The notes: generated from the letters alone by a model not told the origin. A stretch of DNA of 58,646 nucleotides, filler included, from Jimgerdemannia flammicorona (GCA_003990765.1; 2 parts of 2 records of this genome joined end to end with filler, not necessarily neighbours in it); one strand, 5' to 3'. Positions 36,750-49,559 are shown, counted from the first letter of the whole stretch. Numbers and translations are program-made.

Positions 36750-38742
36750 ATCTGTCAATGGAGCGTCTTTCTTTGTATAAGGGAATTCTCGAGTTTTATT
36801 AGTATCTTGAGCCATAGCTTGAATCTTATTAAGCCCTTCAAGCGTTAAATGCTCATTCTTAGCTGTTAAACATAGTTTTACTGCAGCGCCCCGAGGGCGC
36901 AGCTCTCATTTCTACTACAGTTCTAAATGCGGTAAAATCCAATGACTTCTTAGTCAATAATTGATTTTGTTCAAAAAAGGGCACAATAGTAGCCTGAAGA
37001 TCTGTAATATTTTTAACCTCAAAATTATAACTATCTTTTTTATCACCAGAGTTATAAACATAACCACAGTTAAAAAATGCTCTAATCATATAAAGAAGTT
37101 TAATATCTTTAAAATTTTGAGTTACTTTAAAAACCATTGCAACTCGTTTTTTTAACCGCATTTTTTGATCAGCAATAACATTAAAATAAAAGCAACCTTC
37201 TCGGACTTTCCTGTAGCGTTTAGAGCAGTGAGAGGGTTGTTTGACATCAGTCAGTGGCCCCAAGTATATACCCCTGCGAGGTCTCTCTATTACAAATCAA
37301 CGAAATTAAGCTTTAAGCTTATAACCCCGGGCAGCAAGCGACTAGCGCCGTGTTTTTGTCTAAAGACAAAAACACGGTCGCATGGAGTGGGTGGTAAACC
37401 CCCCACTCCTAGCGCCGTGTGCCCGGGGGCCGCATTGAAGAATCCATATATTTGGCGACAAGAGATCGCAATAGGGGCATAGAGCCTTCTCGAATATAAA
37501 TACGATACTGACCTTGTCTAGGCTCTCGTAATGTACAATCGAGTGAATATCGAACCATTAGAACATTCATCAAAAGGACAACCTCCTGAATAGTAAAAGA
37601 ATCTGTACATAAAATTAACCCATGTCGCTGAACGGAACCATCGCAACAGATCCAGTGAGCAAGTGCCACTGGAGTAAGTAAATCAAAAATCTCTAGAGGA
37701 ACAGTCTTAACTCCATTAGGGTAAAATAAAGTATATAGTTCCGTAAAGCAAGGCAATGATCTAGTGAAAAACTCTAATGTAAACGTTTGAGTACCATGGG
37801 AGTTTCGGATTCTTGACCATGGCAAACTCTTACAATAGTGAGATAGACTAGAAAATACATGCCAAGAATACAAAAAATGCGCCAGAGACTGGCAGAATCC
37901 AAGTCGTGCATTCTTATTAGTTTTAGAAGCGAAAGTAAGCCAAGCGTCGCCCAGTAGTAGCCCAATAATTACTCCTTTTACATATGGTGTAAAATTCCCG
38001 GGGTGGCCGGAGGGCGACCAAGTCCGCCGGCCACCCCGGGACCGATCATCCAACCGCCTTAGAGAATTTGCTCAAACCCACTGATGAGGGTAAAATATCC
38101 GGTACTACCCTTAAAGTGGTCGCTTCGCAAATGGCAATGTTACCGAATAGTCCGGTAATTCATACATAAGCCAGTAAGGCTGTGAAACCGACTAACCAAC
38201 TCTTAAAATTAGAGAGAGATTTAATAAAACATTCCCCGCTACATTTCCATTGACATTCGGAAGGGCATTTCATAACACAACCATTAATACAAGCATCCGA
38301 CCTCCCGGGAGAGACGGCGCTAGACGCTTGCCTCCCGGGAGTTAGTACAATTTCTTGGACATTCTTGTTTACACCCCTCTTTGCAAACCATTCTACAGCT
38401 ATCAATGCTCCTACAAGGCTGTCCTGCATTACTAATTGGTACACAAGCCGCAAAAGAAACACTTACAAGAGCAATAATCTCCGGGCCATATGTAACACCT
38501 GGAGCTAAAAAAGTCTCATCAACAACCTTAGCCATTTCAATTGAACTAAGTTCATTAATACTACACAGAAAGAACTGTTTAATATGAGTTTGCCAGGACG
38601 AATAACCCTGAAAAATATCAGATAGCAGGGTAGTAAAGGAATCCGCAATTCCATCAAAGCTGCAAAAAATATTGTCATTAAATTGTAAACAAATTAATGA
38701 ACCAACAAAAATTCCTGTTGAAATGATCAGGGGTTTAATCAA
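36750..38742 (-). pseudogene. Composite homing endonuclease gene: hydrophobic leader + Cys-rich domain + LAGLIDADG, split by an inserted second (I-SceI-like) LAGLIDADG gene at ~37205-38180
   Basis: Outer gene: SWLVGFT (38182-38202) ... EGCFYF...FKVTQ...FFNCGYV...LLTKKSLDF...EHLTLEGLNKI. Inner gene: GVIIGLLLGDAWL and LTPVALAHWICCDG. Confidence 0.8.
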
Positions 38743-41048
38743 TGGGGATACTTGAAAAGGCTTACTATTATCTTTCTTTCGGAAATACCCTCCGATTCGG
38801 TTAGCAAAAAATTTTAGGTCCCCGGCCGGAAGGCGCCAGGCTAGCCCGGCCGGGGCATAGTAAAATAAATATTGGGATCCCTTAGATGAAGAATTGTTAA
38901 CCGGACATACGAAGGACGATATATATAGACAACAGCACTTGTTTCTGGTTTTTTTTTTTTCTAAGGGCGGACATGTGCCCGCAGAAAAACACTAAATCAA
39001 GTACAAGACCCATAAGGACCCGATACCGGCCATGTGGTTGGTCTTTAGACAGGGCGCAAGGTCCCTGTTAGCTGTTAAACATAGTTTTACTGCTGGGCCG
39101 AAGGCGCAGCTAACATATTTCAAATTGGGATTCCCTGCCTAGCCTTCCTGTAGAATATCGTGGTAGATAAGACTCCTCGGAGCAAACCCGTGCTATCTCT
39201 CCGGCGGATCGCCTATCCGATTGCTAGATACATAAATACAATGCACATCCACAGTTACTGGGGAAACCGGAATTCCCACACACGAATTGGGAAAACAGGA
39301 ATTTCAATACAACCGCGGTTGAAAGTTGAAAAGAAACGGTCGATAGCATTTCGTGACCTTCCCGCTAATCTAAAAATATAAAATATTTTTCAAAAATAAT
39401 ATATAATATTATTTTGGATTATCGTATGCCGTAGACCCTTTTAAGGCAAAGGTGTCCAAAAACCAAAAGAGGTTGATTATATAATAGTGCAACTTAGGTA
39501 AATATAATATTTTTTTTATTAATAATTTGGCCCTATGTGAGCAGGTATCAATCTTTATACATCCAGTTTCCTGTTAGCAAAGATCGGTGTTTGGAATAGG
39601 TAGGGGATCACTCCCTTTCCCCTCCTCAGAACCGTACGTGCGACTTTCACCGCATACGGCTCAAACATTAAGTTTGTAGTAATCAACCGGTATTAAGTAG
39701 TATCTTCTAGGCCTGCCGGCCTCTTGCCCCCCCCCCTTTAGGGGGGGGGGCTACCGCGGGCCGTCCCCCCCAGGGGAAGTGCTTTAATTAAAGCGATTAG
39801 CTGGGGGGAGGGGCCTTTCGGCGAATTAGTAATAATATATTTTCCTTTAAAAACCTTACCAGAACGAAGATAGTTAAAAACAGTCACACTACTGCACCCT
39901 AACCATTCTGCAGCGGCTAATTGCGAAGAAAAAGAATTAAGTAATTGGTTCTCAAGAGAATAAATATAAACTGCCTGAGCATTTTGCGCTACCTTACCAA
40001 ACAATGGATGTAATTCCCCTGTTCTCCCGTACATGGGATGATTTTCACCCGACATTGCAGCACTAATTGCGGCCTTTACCGCATCAGGAGTGGTTTTTCC
40101 ATTATTAGGATTATTAGAACGGATTTTAGCAGAAGAAATAGCCGCTTTAGCTGAATCCGAATGAGATAGCCCAGTAAAGGGAGCAGTAGTATTCTTAGCA
40201 ATATTATAAGGGGGTTTAAGAGAATCTAAAAGAAAAAACACGGTCGCATGTAGCTTGCTTTTATTAAAGCAAGCGACTAGCCCCCGAGGGGCTTGTCCCG
40301 TCGGGGGTGAGTCCCCCCTTGGGACTAGCGCTGTGGCGTAGGGCTTTAGCCCAAGGATACCAGCGCATGGGTCGTGTGCTATGGCACACGACTAGCGCTG
40401 TGGCGCTGTTATTTTATAAACTTACAGAGGCACGGGCGCATGTCGTGTGCCATGGCACACGACTAGCGCTGTGGCGCTACGCCTCTGGCGCTGGGATACC
40501 AGCGCATGGGGTTGTTTGTTTGTTTAAACAAACAACCTAGCGCCGTCCCTCCCGGGAGGCCACTAAGATCTATGCGTGCTCGAGGTATCCTGATGATACC
40601 CTTTCTTTTAAGGCGTTCAGTTCGTACTTTCATATTTCTAAATGTAAGAACAGAAACGCCATGCGCTTTATCATGAACTGTTCCAACATAATTAAAGAAA
40701 GCGTTAATTGCAACAAGTAAGAGTCTATCTAGTGTACTCTGAGTTATATTAAACTCACATTGAGGTACTAATCCCCATGTGGAATAAATCTCTGTGTAAA
40801 AAGAACTAGTCCCTCCCCGCATGGTCTCGGGGACTTACCCCGAAGGGACAAGCCCTGGGGCCGCTAGTGAAGCAACCTTCGCCTAAACAAACCCAAGAAG
40901 CCATGATGGGTATTTAATAATATAATCCAAATATGATTGGAAAGTTTGAAAATTTTTATTGTTCATGATGATATAAAATATACGGAGTAACCGTTCATAC
41001 CCTGAAAACCCCGGTCAGGGTTTATACCCCCTATAAAAGGTAGTTACT

Positions 41049-41092
41049 AACCCCGGGAGGCGGGACCGTTGTCCCCGTGTCTCCCGGGGGGC
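41049..41092 (+). repeat. GC hairpin family B (also ~43707-43749 and 45386-45421 inverted, 49877-49918, 50895-50936, 53219-53260)
   Basis: CCCCGGGAGGCGGGACCGTTGTCCCCKTGTCTCCCGGGGGGC. Confidence 0.95.
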
Positions 41093-43404
41093 ATAACTAG
41101 TAACCTTGAACGGTCCCATGGATTAGACGACTTATCCGGTTTCTCATCTAATCGGGTTCTATCGTTGTTAATCCAAATACATTCATCTTTAATGTATGAA
41201 TATACTATGTAGATTAAATGTACTATATATATAGTTATAAATACCGGAGATAAAACTTAACATCCAAGTGCGAGTCAGCATTCTTTCGAATTGAGTCAAT
41301 AGCCCTATATCTATTATTACAATAGACCCTTCGCTTTTTGCACTGTCATTACCCACTAGCCGATAGATTAAATCGCTTTAACCCCTCCGGCAGTTAAAAT
41401 ACTGGAAGCTAATGGGCTTACCCTGTTCCGCTAATAATACCTTAATGACTACCTTAGAACCAGACTCTACGCCGGAGGAATTCGATAGATCAAACTACTT
41501 ATTAAAAGCAAGTAGTTTCCTTCCTCTGTATATCGTAACAAACACTTTCGATATTCTGTTCTTACGACGCCTCAATGTCTATTCACTATGTTATTCATAG
41601 TAGTCTAACCTAGCAGCGTATATTCATGTGCTTAGAATATATCTTACATTGTCCCAACAGCTTAGCACGTAATCGTTACCAACTACGCACCTGTTGGTAG
41701 GTTTATGGCAAAAATAGCAAATAATAAATATTGTTTTAGTATTTACCCCGGGCAGCAAGCGACTAGCGCCGTGTTTTTGTCTAAAGACAAAAACACGGTC
41801 GCATGGAGTGGGTGGTAAACCCCCCACTCCTAGCGCCGTGTGCCCGGGGGCCGACCTTTCAAAACAAAAAACGGACGGAATGTTATATACATTAAATAGA
41901 GGTAGCTACGTAGGAAAACAGTTTCCCCTTATACGCTGCCCCAGATGCTAGATATTTTTTAATCGTTTGATTACTAATATGTAAAGCTTTACTTGCGGCC
42001 ATAATACCTGAATAGCTAGCCAATAATTGTTGTGTGTTAGAATCAAACACGTAAATAGGTCTACTTAGAGACGTGCTAATGAGTCCTCTTGTCTCAGCAC
42101 TTAGTGTTCGTCCAGTTAAAGCTCCACTGATTTTAGCCTTAGCTTCCTCTGTATGCTTTTTCCCGAACATCGGGTGATTTTCCCCTATTCTTTCCACACT
42201 TATTCTTGCCCGATCCTCTGCAGACATCACACGCCCTCGGGTTCACCGATCTTATTCTTAGCTTCCTCGGTATGTTTATAACCGAGGGAAGAACCAGCTA
42301 CAGAGAGGTTATTATAACGAGATTCTGAGGGTAATGTAAACAATAAATCAAGATAAAACTGTTCACGGGCGATTAAATTGGCCTTGTTCTCCTCTTGTGA
42401 TAAGTCAGGGTAGATTTCTACAAATTCGACAACAATGAACGTAAAAGATTCAATACCATGTTTATTCATACCTATGTTGGATTAAATTGGTAATATTGTT
42501 GGTGGGTTGTTACCTGAAGGTTTACCCAAGCCTTTATCTGGCTTAATAATAAGAGGACAAAGATTGAGAAAGGAATTATGTGGTTGAAGTACGTACTCGA
42601 TATTGACCCTTAATTGTATATCCCAGTTTAACGGCCCGAGAAACTGTTACTTTTGAGACACCAAGAAAATTAGATGCTTCTGTAAGAGAATTAAATGACT
42701 GTACAAGTTCGTCTTCAAGTGTATAAACAAATACTGCTTTTCTAATCGGAGAAATATGACCAACTGCACTGCTATTCCCTACATCATTTAATTCCCCACC
42801 TTAGCTGCACTTATTTTTGCCCGAGTTTCGGGTGTATGTTTCACCCCGAGAGGTGAATCGGCCGTTGGTGAAAAGTTATATCTAAGATTTTCAGGTAAAT
42901 CGAATAACCAATTTAGCCAGTGCTGTTCTCTTGAAAATAACAGGGATTTGTCGCACTGTTCGATAACTTTGAAAGTAAAAACGGCTAACCCATACTTCAA
43001 GATCGCTCTTTGAAGGTGTAAATTACTTGCATGGCCTATCACATGGTCATATAGACGCTCATAAAGATTAACAGCCGATCCGATATATATCGTACCGGTG
43101 TCTTTATTAGTAATGCTATAAATCCCTGAAGCGCCATTAAGTGAGAATTTTGCTTGTTTTAGGGATTCAGGGCCCCCCGGCGGAAGGCGCTAGGCTAACA
43201 CAGCTTTGCTGTGTTCACCAAGCTGAGCTTTGAAAAAGCTCAGCTAGGCTGGCCCGCCGGGTTTTTTTTTTTTTCTAAGGGCGGACATGTGCCCGCAGAA
43301 AAACACTAAATCAAGTGTAAATTGTCGAACTGCACAATTACGGGTAAATCTTCAGCACCTGAACAAAATAGAATCGGAGCCGAGAGTCAAAAGATTAATA
43401 GAAA

Positions 43405-43515
43405 CCCGGGGGTTGCTCCCCCCCTCGGCTCCTGGGTAAGCTTACCCAGGAGATGTGGGCGGGTGCTAACGAGGCGGGAAGGGTCGTAGACCCGCCCCTT
43501 GTCCCCCCGGGGCCG
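43405..43515 (+). repeat. GC hairpin family C (also ~48186-48295, 49693-49760, 50050-50120)
   Basis: GGGGTTGCTCCCCCCCTCGGCTCCTGGGTAAGCTTACCCAGGAGATGTGGGCGGGTGCTAACGAGG. Confidence 0.95.
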
Positions 43516-45080
43516 ATGAATAAATAAACCGATAGATACGCAACAATATGTGCAGTTTGACATGGTTTCCAAAGTGTATAAAGAGTTGTCTCATCGTATA
43601 GCTGATCCGATCGTGTAGGCTTAAAGGATCTATACACGACCTCAATAGGCCATAAGACCAGTAATACTACAGGTAAAACTGCCAATCGAAGAAGCGTACC
43701 TAATACGCCCCCCGGGAGACAAGGGGACAACGGTCCCGCCTCCCGGGGTTAGATACAAATAGAATACGGTGAAAGCCCCAGCTACGCTGGGGGTTTCGCC
43801 GGGACTAAAATAATGAAAACAAGAGGGTTGCTAAACCCCTGGGCTTTAGTATACTGCACAAAAGAGGTACTACACACCTCTCACTTAATGGGTTAGCGAG
43901 AAAAGAGAGTATAAATATTGAACTTGCAGTGTGAAGTATTATTATCGGGCAAAAATACTTTAGCATATTGGTTTTCTAACACTTTTAATAAGGTCTAAAT
44001 TTAAACAATTCTGTATGATTTGCTATTAATATTAAGAACCGTATCTATAAAAGATCGGCACTTAACGATCTATAACCATACCGGGTTTTCGCCGAATTAT
44101 TATTAGCAGCTTAGCAGGTCGCACTTTTAAGTAAACAGTCGGACCTCCCTATTCTGTGCCACGATTAAATCGCACTCCTTCTCCCAAAGTTACGGAGTTA
44201 TTTTGCCGAGTTCCTTCAAGATGATTCGCCCAACGCCTTGGTATTCTCTACCTGCAGACCAGTGTCGGTTTGGGTACGGTTTAAGAGATTTAATCTTTTT
44301 CCTGAATCCAGATCTAGATTTATCCCATTACCCAGATTTAGTTGATCTAGATTAGACTTAAAATTTAGGTTTTCTCATCAGCAACCGCTTTCGCAATTAA
44401 CTTTAGAGGCCGTAACTTTACTTATGGAGGTTAAGCCTAGCCATAAAACCCTTCTGCTTTCGGCGAGGAGGATTTACCTCCTTTCACGTTACTCATGTCA
44501 GCATTCTCTCTTCAGTTATGTCCAAATAAGGAAACCCTATTCTTCTACCATATCCTGAGTGTTCCACTACTCCAACAAATATATTAATTAAATAATAATA
44601 TTAAAAACGGAAGAAGACGAGCAAATAGTATAACCCCCTGGTCCCGTTCCCTATAGGGAACGGGACGGGGGCAAGCGTCTAGCCCCCCCCTAAGACCTTA
44701 CGGGGAGGGGAGAGTGTTGTCGCTTCCCCCTACGGGGAGGGGTGAGTCCCCTTGGGACTAGCGCTGTGGCGCTACGCCTCTGGCGCTGGGATACCAGCGC
44801 ATGGGGTTGTTTGTTTGTTTAAACAAACAACCTAGCGCCGTCCCTCTACCCCTACGGGGAGGGGGGGCATAAATAGTTTTTACTAGCGGGCCGGGGGCAA
44901 GCGCCTAGCGCCGTCCCACCGGCCCGGCCGGGGCCCGCGTTCATTTCCGGATATTATTGTGGACAATACTTCGGTATATTACTTAGACCCGATACATTAG
45001 CGGTGCCCCTGAAACTTTTTTTCAGTTCCGTTCACAGACCATTGAGCTATTACGCTTTCATTATCGGATGGCTGCTTCCA

Positions 45081-45700
45081 CAAATATTCATACAGTTACC
45101 TGTATGTTTAGACTATATCTTCACTTTTCTTCTTTCCCGTAGGGCGGAGCCCTACCCAAAATTTAATAAAACTTGATTCGCGGTGGGGATCTGGACTTTT
45201 ACCGTGGTTTAAGGAATTACTTCGCTCCCCAACCGTTTAATGCCCAGTTAACTAATCTTACCTAGTTTATACATCACCCCCGGGGCCAGCGACGAGCGCC
45301 GTGGCCCGGGGGACGCCCCGTCGTTTTTTTCTTTTTTTCAAGGGCGGACATGTGCCCGCCAGAAAAAAAGAGCGAAAAAAAGGTTCCCCGGGAGACAAGG
45401 GGACAACGGTCCCGCCTCCCGGATTTTTCCCCCCCTCCTCTCCTGGGTAAGCTTACCCAGGAGCCGAGGGGGGGAAAAATGCAAGTAATAATTTTGCTAT
45501 CATAGGAAATTAGAAAATAAGTGGATCGGCGTGTAGTCGTTACGGTATAATTTTTATATTACCACGGTATTTGCCTCTATCCGCATACAATGGGATAAAC
45601 CATTATTGGAAGTCAATTGTTCAACATAAACAATTGATGTTTAAGGCTTTCCACCGTTATAGCCGAGTTAGAAAGTATATTTAATACTCTGACCTAGAAA
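45081..45700 (-). ncRNA. ORF-less group I intron at ~L1065
   Basis: P1 GGCUU/AGGUC with a U-G pair, terminal G, CCGTAACGACTAC (~45533) and GAAGATATAGTCTA (~45110). Confidence 0.88.
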
Positions 45701-45762
45701 AGCCCACCGAATGGTTGTGTAATTTCCTGGACTACCTTAATTTCACTTAGCAATATTTAGGG

Positions 45763-48700
45763 CTTTTATTATCTAAGTCCTAGTTATTTAAGGACAAAGA
45801 CGAGATTATATCCTTTCTGTTTCGAATACCCTTGGTGTAAGGTTGAACTTTATTAGCTACCTACGTATGCGAAAGCAATCAAACCTATCGTAGTTCATTA
45901 TACTCTTTTATTTGTAATGTAATAAGCCGGGCTACCCGCCCGCCGCTCCGCGCCTCGGCTCTGCCGACTTGCCCCGGCCCCGTCTTCTTTATAAGAAGAC
46001 GGGGCGGGGGGGCTAGCCTAAAATATACTAGCTATCTTCTGACCAGAAAGAGGAACCCACCACCACTTTTAAGCCCCTGATTTAATATAGTTAAAAATAG
46101 TCATAGTACTTACATTAAACCAGTCTGCAACTGTTTTTAGCGATGAGAACGTATTAATTAATTGTTTATCAACAGAAAAACATGTACAGTCATGGCATTT
46201 GGGGCCGTTTTACCGTACATCTTTAGTACCCTTATTAGACCCTGAAATTTTAGCTAGAGTCTCAGAAGAGTGAGAAGAGCCTTGTCGGGCCTTACTCATT
46301 TTGGCTTTCGTCTCTTCTGTTCACGAAAATATAGGGGCCGGGGGGAGGGTAACTCTAATTAGAGTTATGGATTAAACAGTGTAATTGCGAAAACTATGAT
46401 AATTATAGGATAAAAGAATATGATTGTACTATTTCCTAGAAACAACTCGGTACAGGGATTTAACGAGACGACCTTGTTTGATAGCTTTAGATAACACGGG
46501 TTGAGATACCCCAAGTCATTTAGCTGCAGCTGTAATAGAAGAAAATTCTGCCACTAACTCCCCATAGACATCTAATACGGACACTGCTTTATTTGCATGG
46601 CTGTTACCCGGTGTGCCTGCATTACCGACCCTATTGCGATTACCCGTCATAGCCCCGCTAATCTGAGCTTTAGTAGAGTCCCACAATGAACTTCCTAATG
46701 GAGATCCAGCAGTTGGTAAGAAATTAAATCTAAGGGGAGCTGGTAGCGAAAAGAGCCAATCCAAGTAAAATTGTTCACGAGCTAAGAGAAGCGCCTTAGT
46801 CGAAGCTGGTGAGACACCAGAGATAATCTCAACATACTCTACAACGATAAATACAAAAGCACCAATTCCATACTAAAGAATAGCGTTTCGTAAGTGAGCA
46901 TTAGAAGAATTAAAAAAATGCTCATTCATTCTCTTGGAAAGATTAATAGAGCTCCCAATATACAGAGCTCCTGTTACCACACATCTAATAGCGTAAATGC
47001 CTGCTAATCCTTTAAGAGAGCTAATGGCCGATGCAAAATTATCCGTCAAGTGAAGATTATCAAACAGCGCTGCTACAGGTAAGGTATCGATACCCTCACA
47101 GAAAAGGGCAGTTGGACCTACACAGAATAGGGATAATACAATCAATGGAATAATAATAAAAAAACTAAATAGAACTTTTGTAATTTGCATGATAAACTAT
47201 AATAATAATAATAGATGTTACTTCTTAAATAGGGAACCCTCCATCATAGTATTATATATATAGTTTAATTTTTTTTATTACCCTTACTTATATTAATTTC
47301 GAAGGATCGCCCTTAACCCCCCAATATACGGGATAAAATTCGAAATGCTCTTACAAAACACTGATACCTCATATAAGCCAGTTTTGCTATGAGTGTTTAT
47401 GCCCACGAGAAGAACCTGCAGTCGGTAAGAAATTTATCTTAATTTAGCAGAAAGAGAAAACAATCAATCAAGTCAATATTGCTCTCTCTCTAATAGGCGA
47501 TCGAGGTTTTTATCCCGCGGTAGGTCCGGGTGAAATTCAAAGAACTCCTGGATACTAAAACTAAAATTTTCTAAACCATATTTCTCAATAGCACTACGTA
47601 AGTGAATATTTGAACTCGCTAAACGAAAAATATAAAATATTTTTTGAAAATTATTAAAAATAATTTTAGATGATCTCTTAGTCGATCCCCTAAATTAACA
47701 GAGGATCCTCCCCCGGCGGAAGGCGCTAGGCTGGTTTGTTTTTTACCCCCCCCCCTTTAGGGGGGGGGGCTAACCGGAGGAGCGAACCGGCGACCAAGTC
47801 CGCCGGTTTGCTCCCCCCCCCTTTTGACCCCCCAGTTCCATATTTATGTATACAGGGGGGCGGACGGGGGAGCTACCACAAACCAACCATGCGACCGTGC
47901 AGCATATTTATAGGCAGACACGGCGCTAGGCTGGTTTGTTCTAAACCCCAGGGGGGCCCCCTCGGAACACTCCGAGGGGAGTCCTCCGGGGGCCACAAAC
48001 CAACCATGCGACCGTGCCGAATTTGGTTCACAAAGATTATTGTACCCCAGTCACGGCGCCACGGCTGGTTTGTTAAAAACAAACCAACCATGCGACCGTG
48101 CCGATTCACGGCACGGCGCGAATCGGCTGGTTTGTTAAAAACAAACCAACCCTATGCGCTGGTACCCCTGTTAGTTATTAAACTAACCCGGGGGTTGCTC
48201 CCCCCCTCGGCTCCTGGGTAAGCTTACCCAGGAGATGTGGGCGGGTGCTAACGAGGCGGGAAGGGTCGTATACCCGCCCCTTGTCCCCCCGGGGCCAGCG
48301 TCACAGCGCTAGGCTGGTTTGTTAAAAACAAACCAACCCTATGCGCTGGTACCCTTGTTAGTTATTAAACTAACAACGTCACAGCGCTAGGCTGGCCCGA
48401 CGGGGGCGATGTACATAGCACCTGTGCAGAGTTAAACAATAAACCCCAGATAAACCGTTTAAGGCACCAGTTTTAACGTTTTCAGTCAAATGTAGCCCAG
48501 AAAACTCTTGAACGCTGGGTAAATCTGGCTTAACTGTTACACCTGCTTCCGGATTTTCAGGATCATAGAAATGGGTATATTGCCCTACCAAATGCGTGGA
48601 AGAATGAAAAGCATTTGACTGATTAGATTTGTGAAAAGGGTCAATAAGGATAAATTTGCCTAAAAATTTAAAGAACTAGCCCCCCCCCCTAAGGGGGGGG

Positions 48701-49323
48701 GGCAAACCGGAGGGCGACCAAGTCCGCCGGTCCCCCCGGGGGCCGTTTGCATGCATTATTAATAAATCACGTGAGTTATCGTGCATATCCTAACTTCCAT
48801 TAATGCCCGCGTAATGGTTCTCTAATGCGAAATTGGATTTACACCCTCGTCAATTAGACAGGGAAGCACCTCAAACTGGTGTTGAGAGCTTTGCACGACC
48901 CGGTTATATTGTACACATTGTACTAATAAGGCGAATAAAGTATATTGTATATCAGCTTTCTACTTTAATCCGGTTATATCGTTTTGTGTTCCACCCCTCT
49001 GGGGTCGCCGTCTTTTGGGGCCGGCATGCGTCACGGCCCCAAAAACGGGAAAACATAACATTGGATTATGTACCAATAGAATACGAAGAAAGAAGTCTAG
49101 AGATTGACTTAAAGAAGGAGACGGGTATCGAACATAAATAGAATCTCCATTATATTTCAATAATGATGGGACTTTTTCTTAAGCTTGCAATTGATTGCAG
49201 TAATACGCATAAAGTCTCTGAGGATAATTATTCCTACAGATTATCCAATATTTACTATTATCACTTTAAAGTAAGTAAATCTCTAAGGATATTTCTGTAT
49301 ATAGCGAATTGGAGGCCGACTCG
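45763..49323 (-). ncRNA. Group I intron at ~L1004; core at 49160-49323 and a long 3' extension with GIY-YIG genes (46480-47190 with an internal TAG; fragments ~46100-46320 and 48380-48760)
   Basis: P1 AGGUC/GGCCU and terminal G. CAGAGACTTT / AAGAAAAAGTCCC. GIYAIRCVVTGALYIGSSINL. Confidence 0.8.
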
Positions 49324-49559
49324 ACCTTATTTCTTGTTCTGGGCTGTTTCCCTCTCGACTAAAGACCTTAGCACCTATAGTCTGACTATCCTTTATTAAC
49401 TGTAAACTATTCTGAGGTTAGATTCTATTGATAGAGCTATTACGACCCCCCAATCAAGTGCGTCCCCTCCCCCCCACATTAAAAATGAGGGGGGGGGGGC
49501 GCAACATAGTATCCAGTGCTATACCTGTTTACAGATACGAAGGACAACCTACCAAAATA

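Larger units (their letters stand above)
36153..39539 (-). ncRNA. Group I intron at ~L1837 with its core at 36153-36620 and ORFs in its 5' part
   Basis: P1-like GCUC/GGGC with a U-G pair at the 5' site, terminal G, and P7 strands CAACGACTA (~36372) and AAGGCATAGTCT (~36273). Confidence 0.8.
39590..44124 (-). ncRNA. Group II (IIB-like) intron at ~L1787 with no RT ORF; contains GIY-YIG (39738-40224, 41892-42469, ~42590-43720) and LAGLIDADG (~40560-40968) remnants
   Basis: 5' GTGCGACCTG. Domain V GAGCCGTATGCGGTGAAAGTCGCACGTACGGTTC (39628-39662). Domain VI with A at -8. GIYSITNKDTGTIYIGSAVNL near 43070-43130. Confidence 0.92.

Noticed and set aside
37325..37430. GC hairpins as translational bypass (byp-like) elements keeping ORFs functional
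   Set aside because: No matched take-off and landing codons seen. Elements occur in both orientations and in non-coding DNA, and several ORFs carry independent stops or frameshifts.
38081..38120. Hammerhead ribozyme (CTGATGAG...)
   Set aside because: Lacks the GAAA core after stem II and lies antisense within an ORF.
47736..48377. ORFs in GC-rich clusters (also 40307-40540, 56253-56569, 58358-58594)
   Set aside because: Translations of stacked hairpin elements, not genes.
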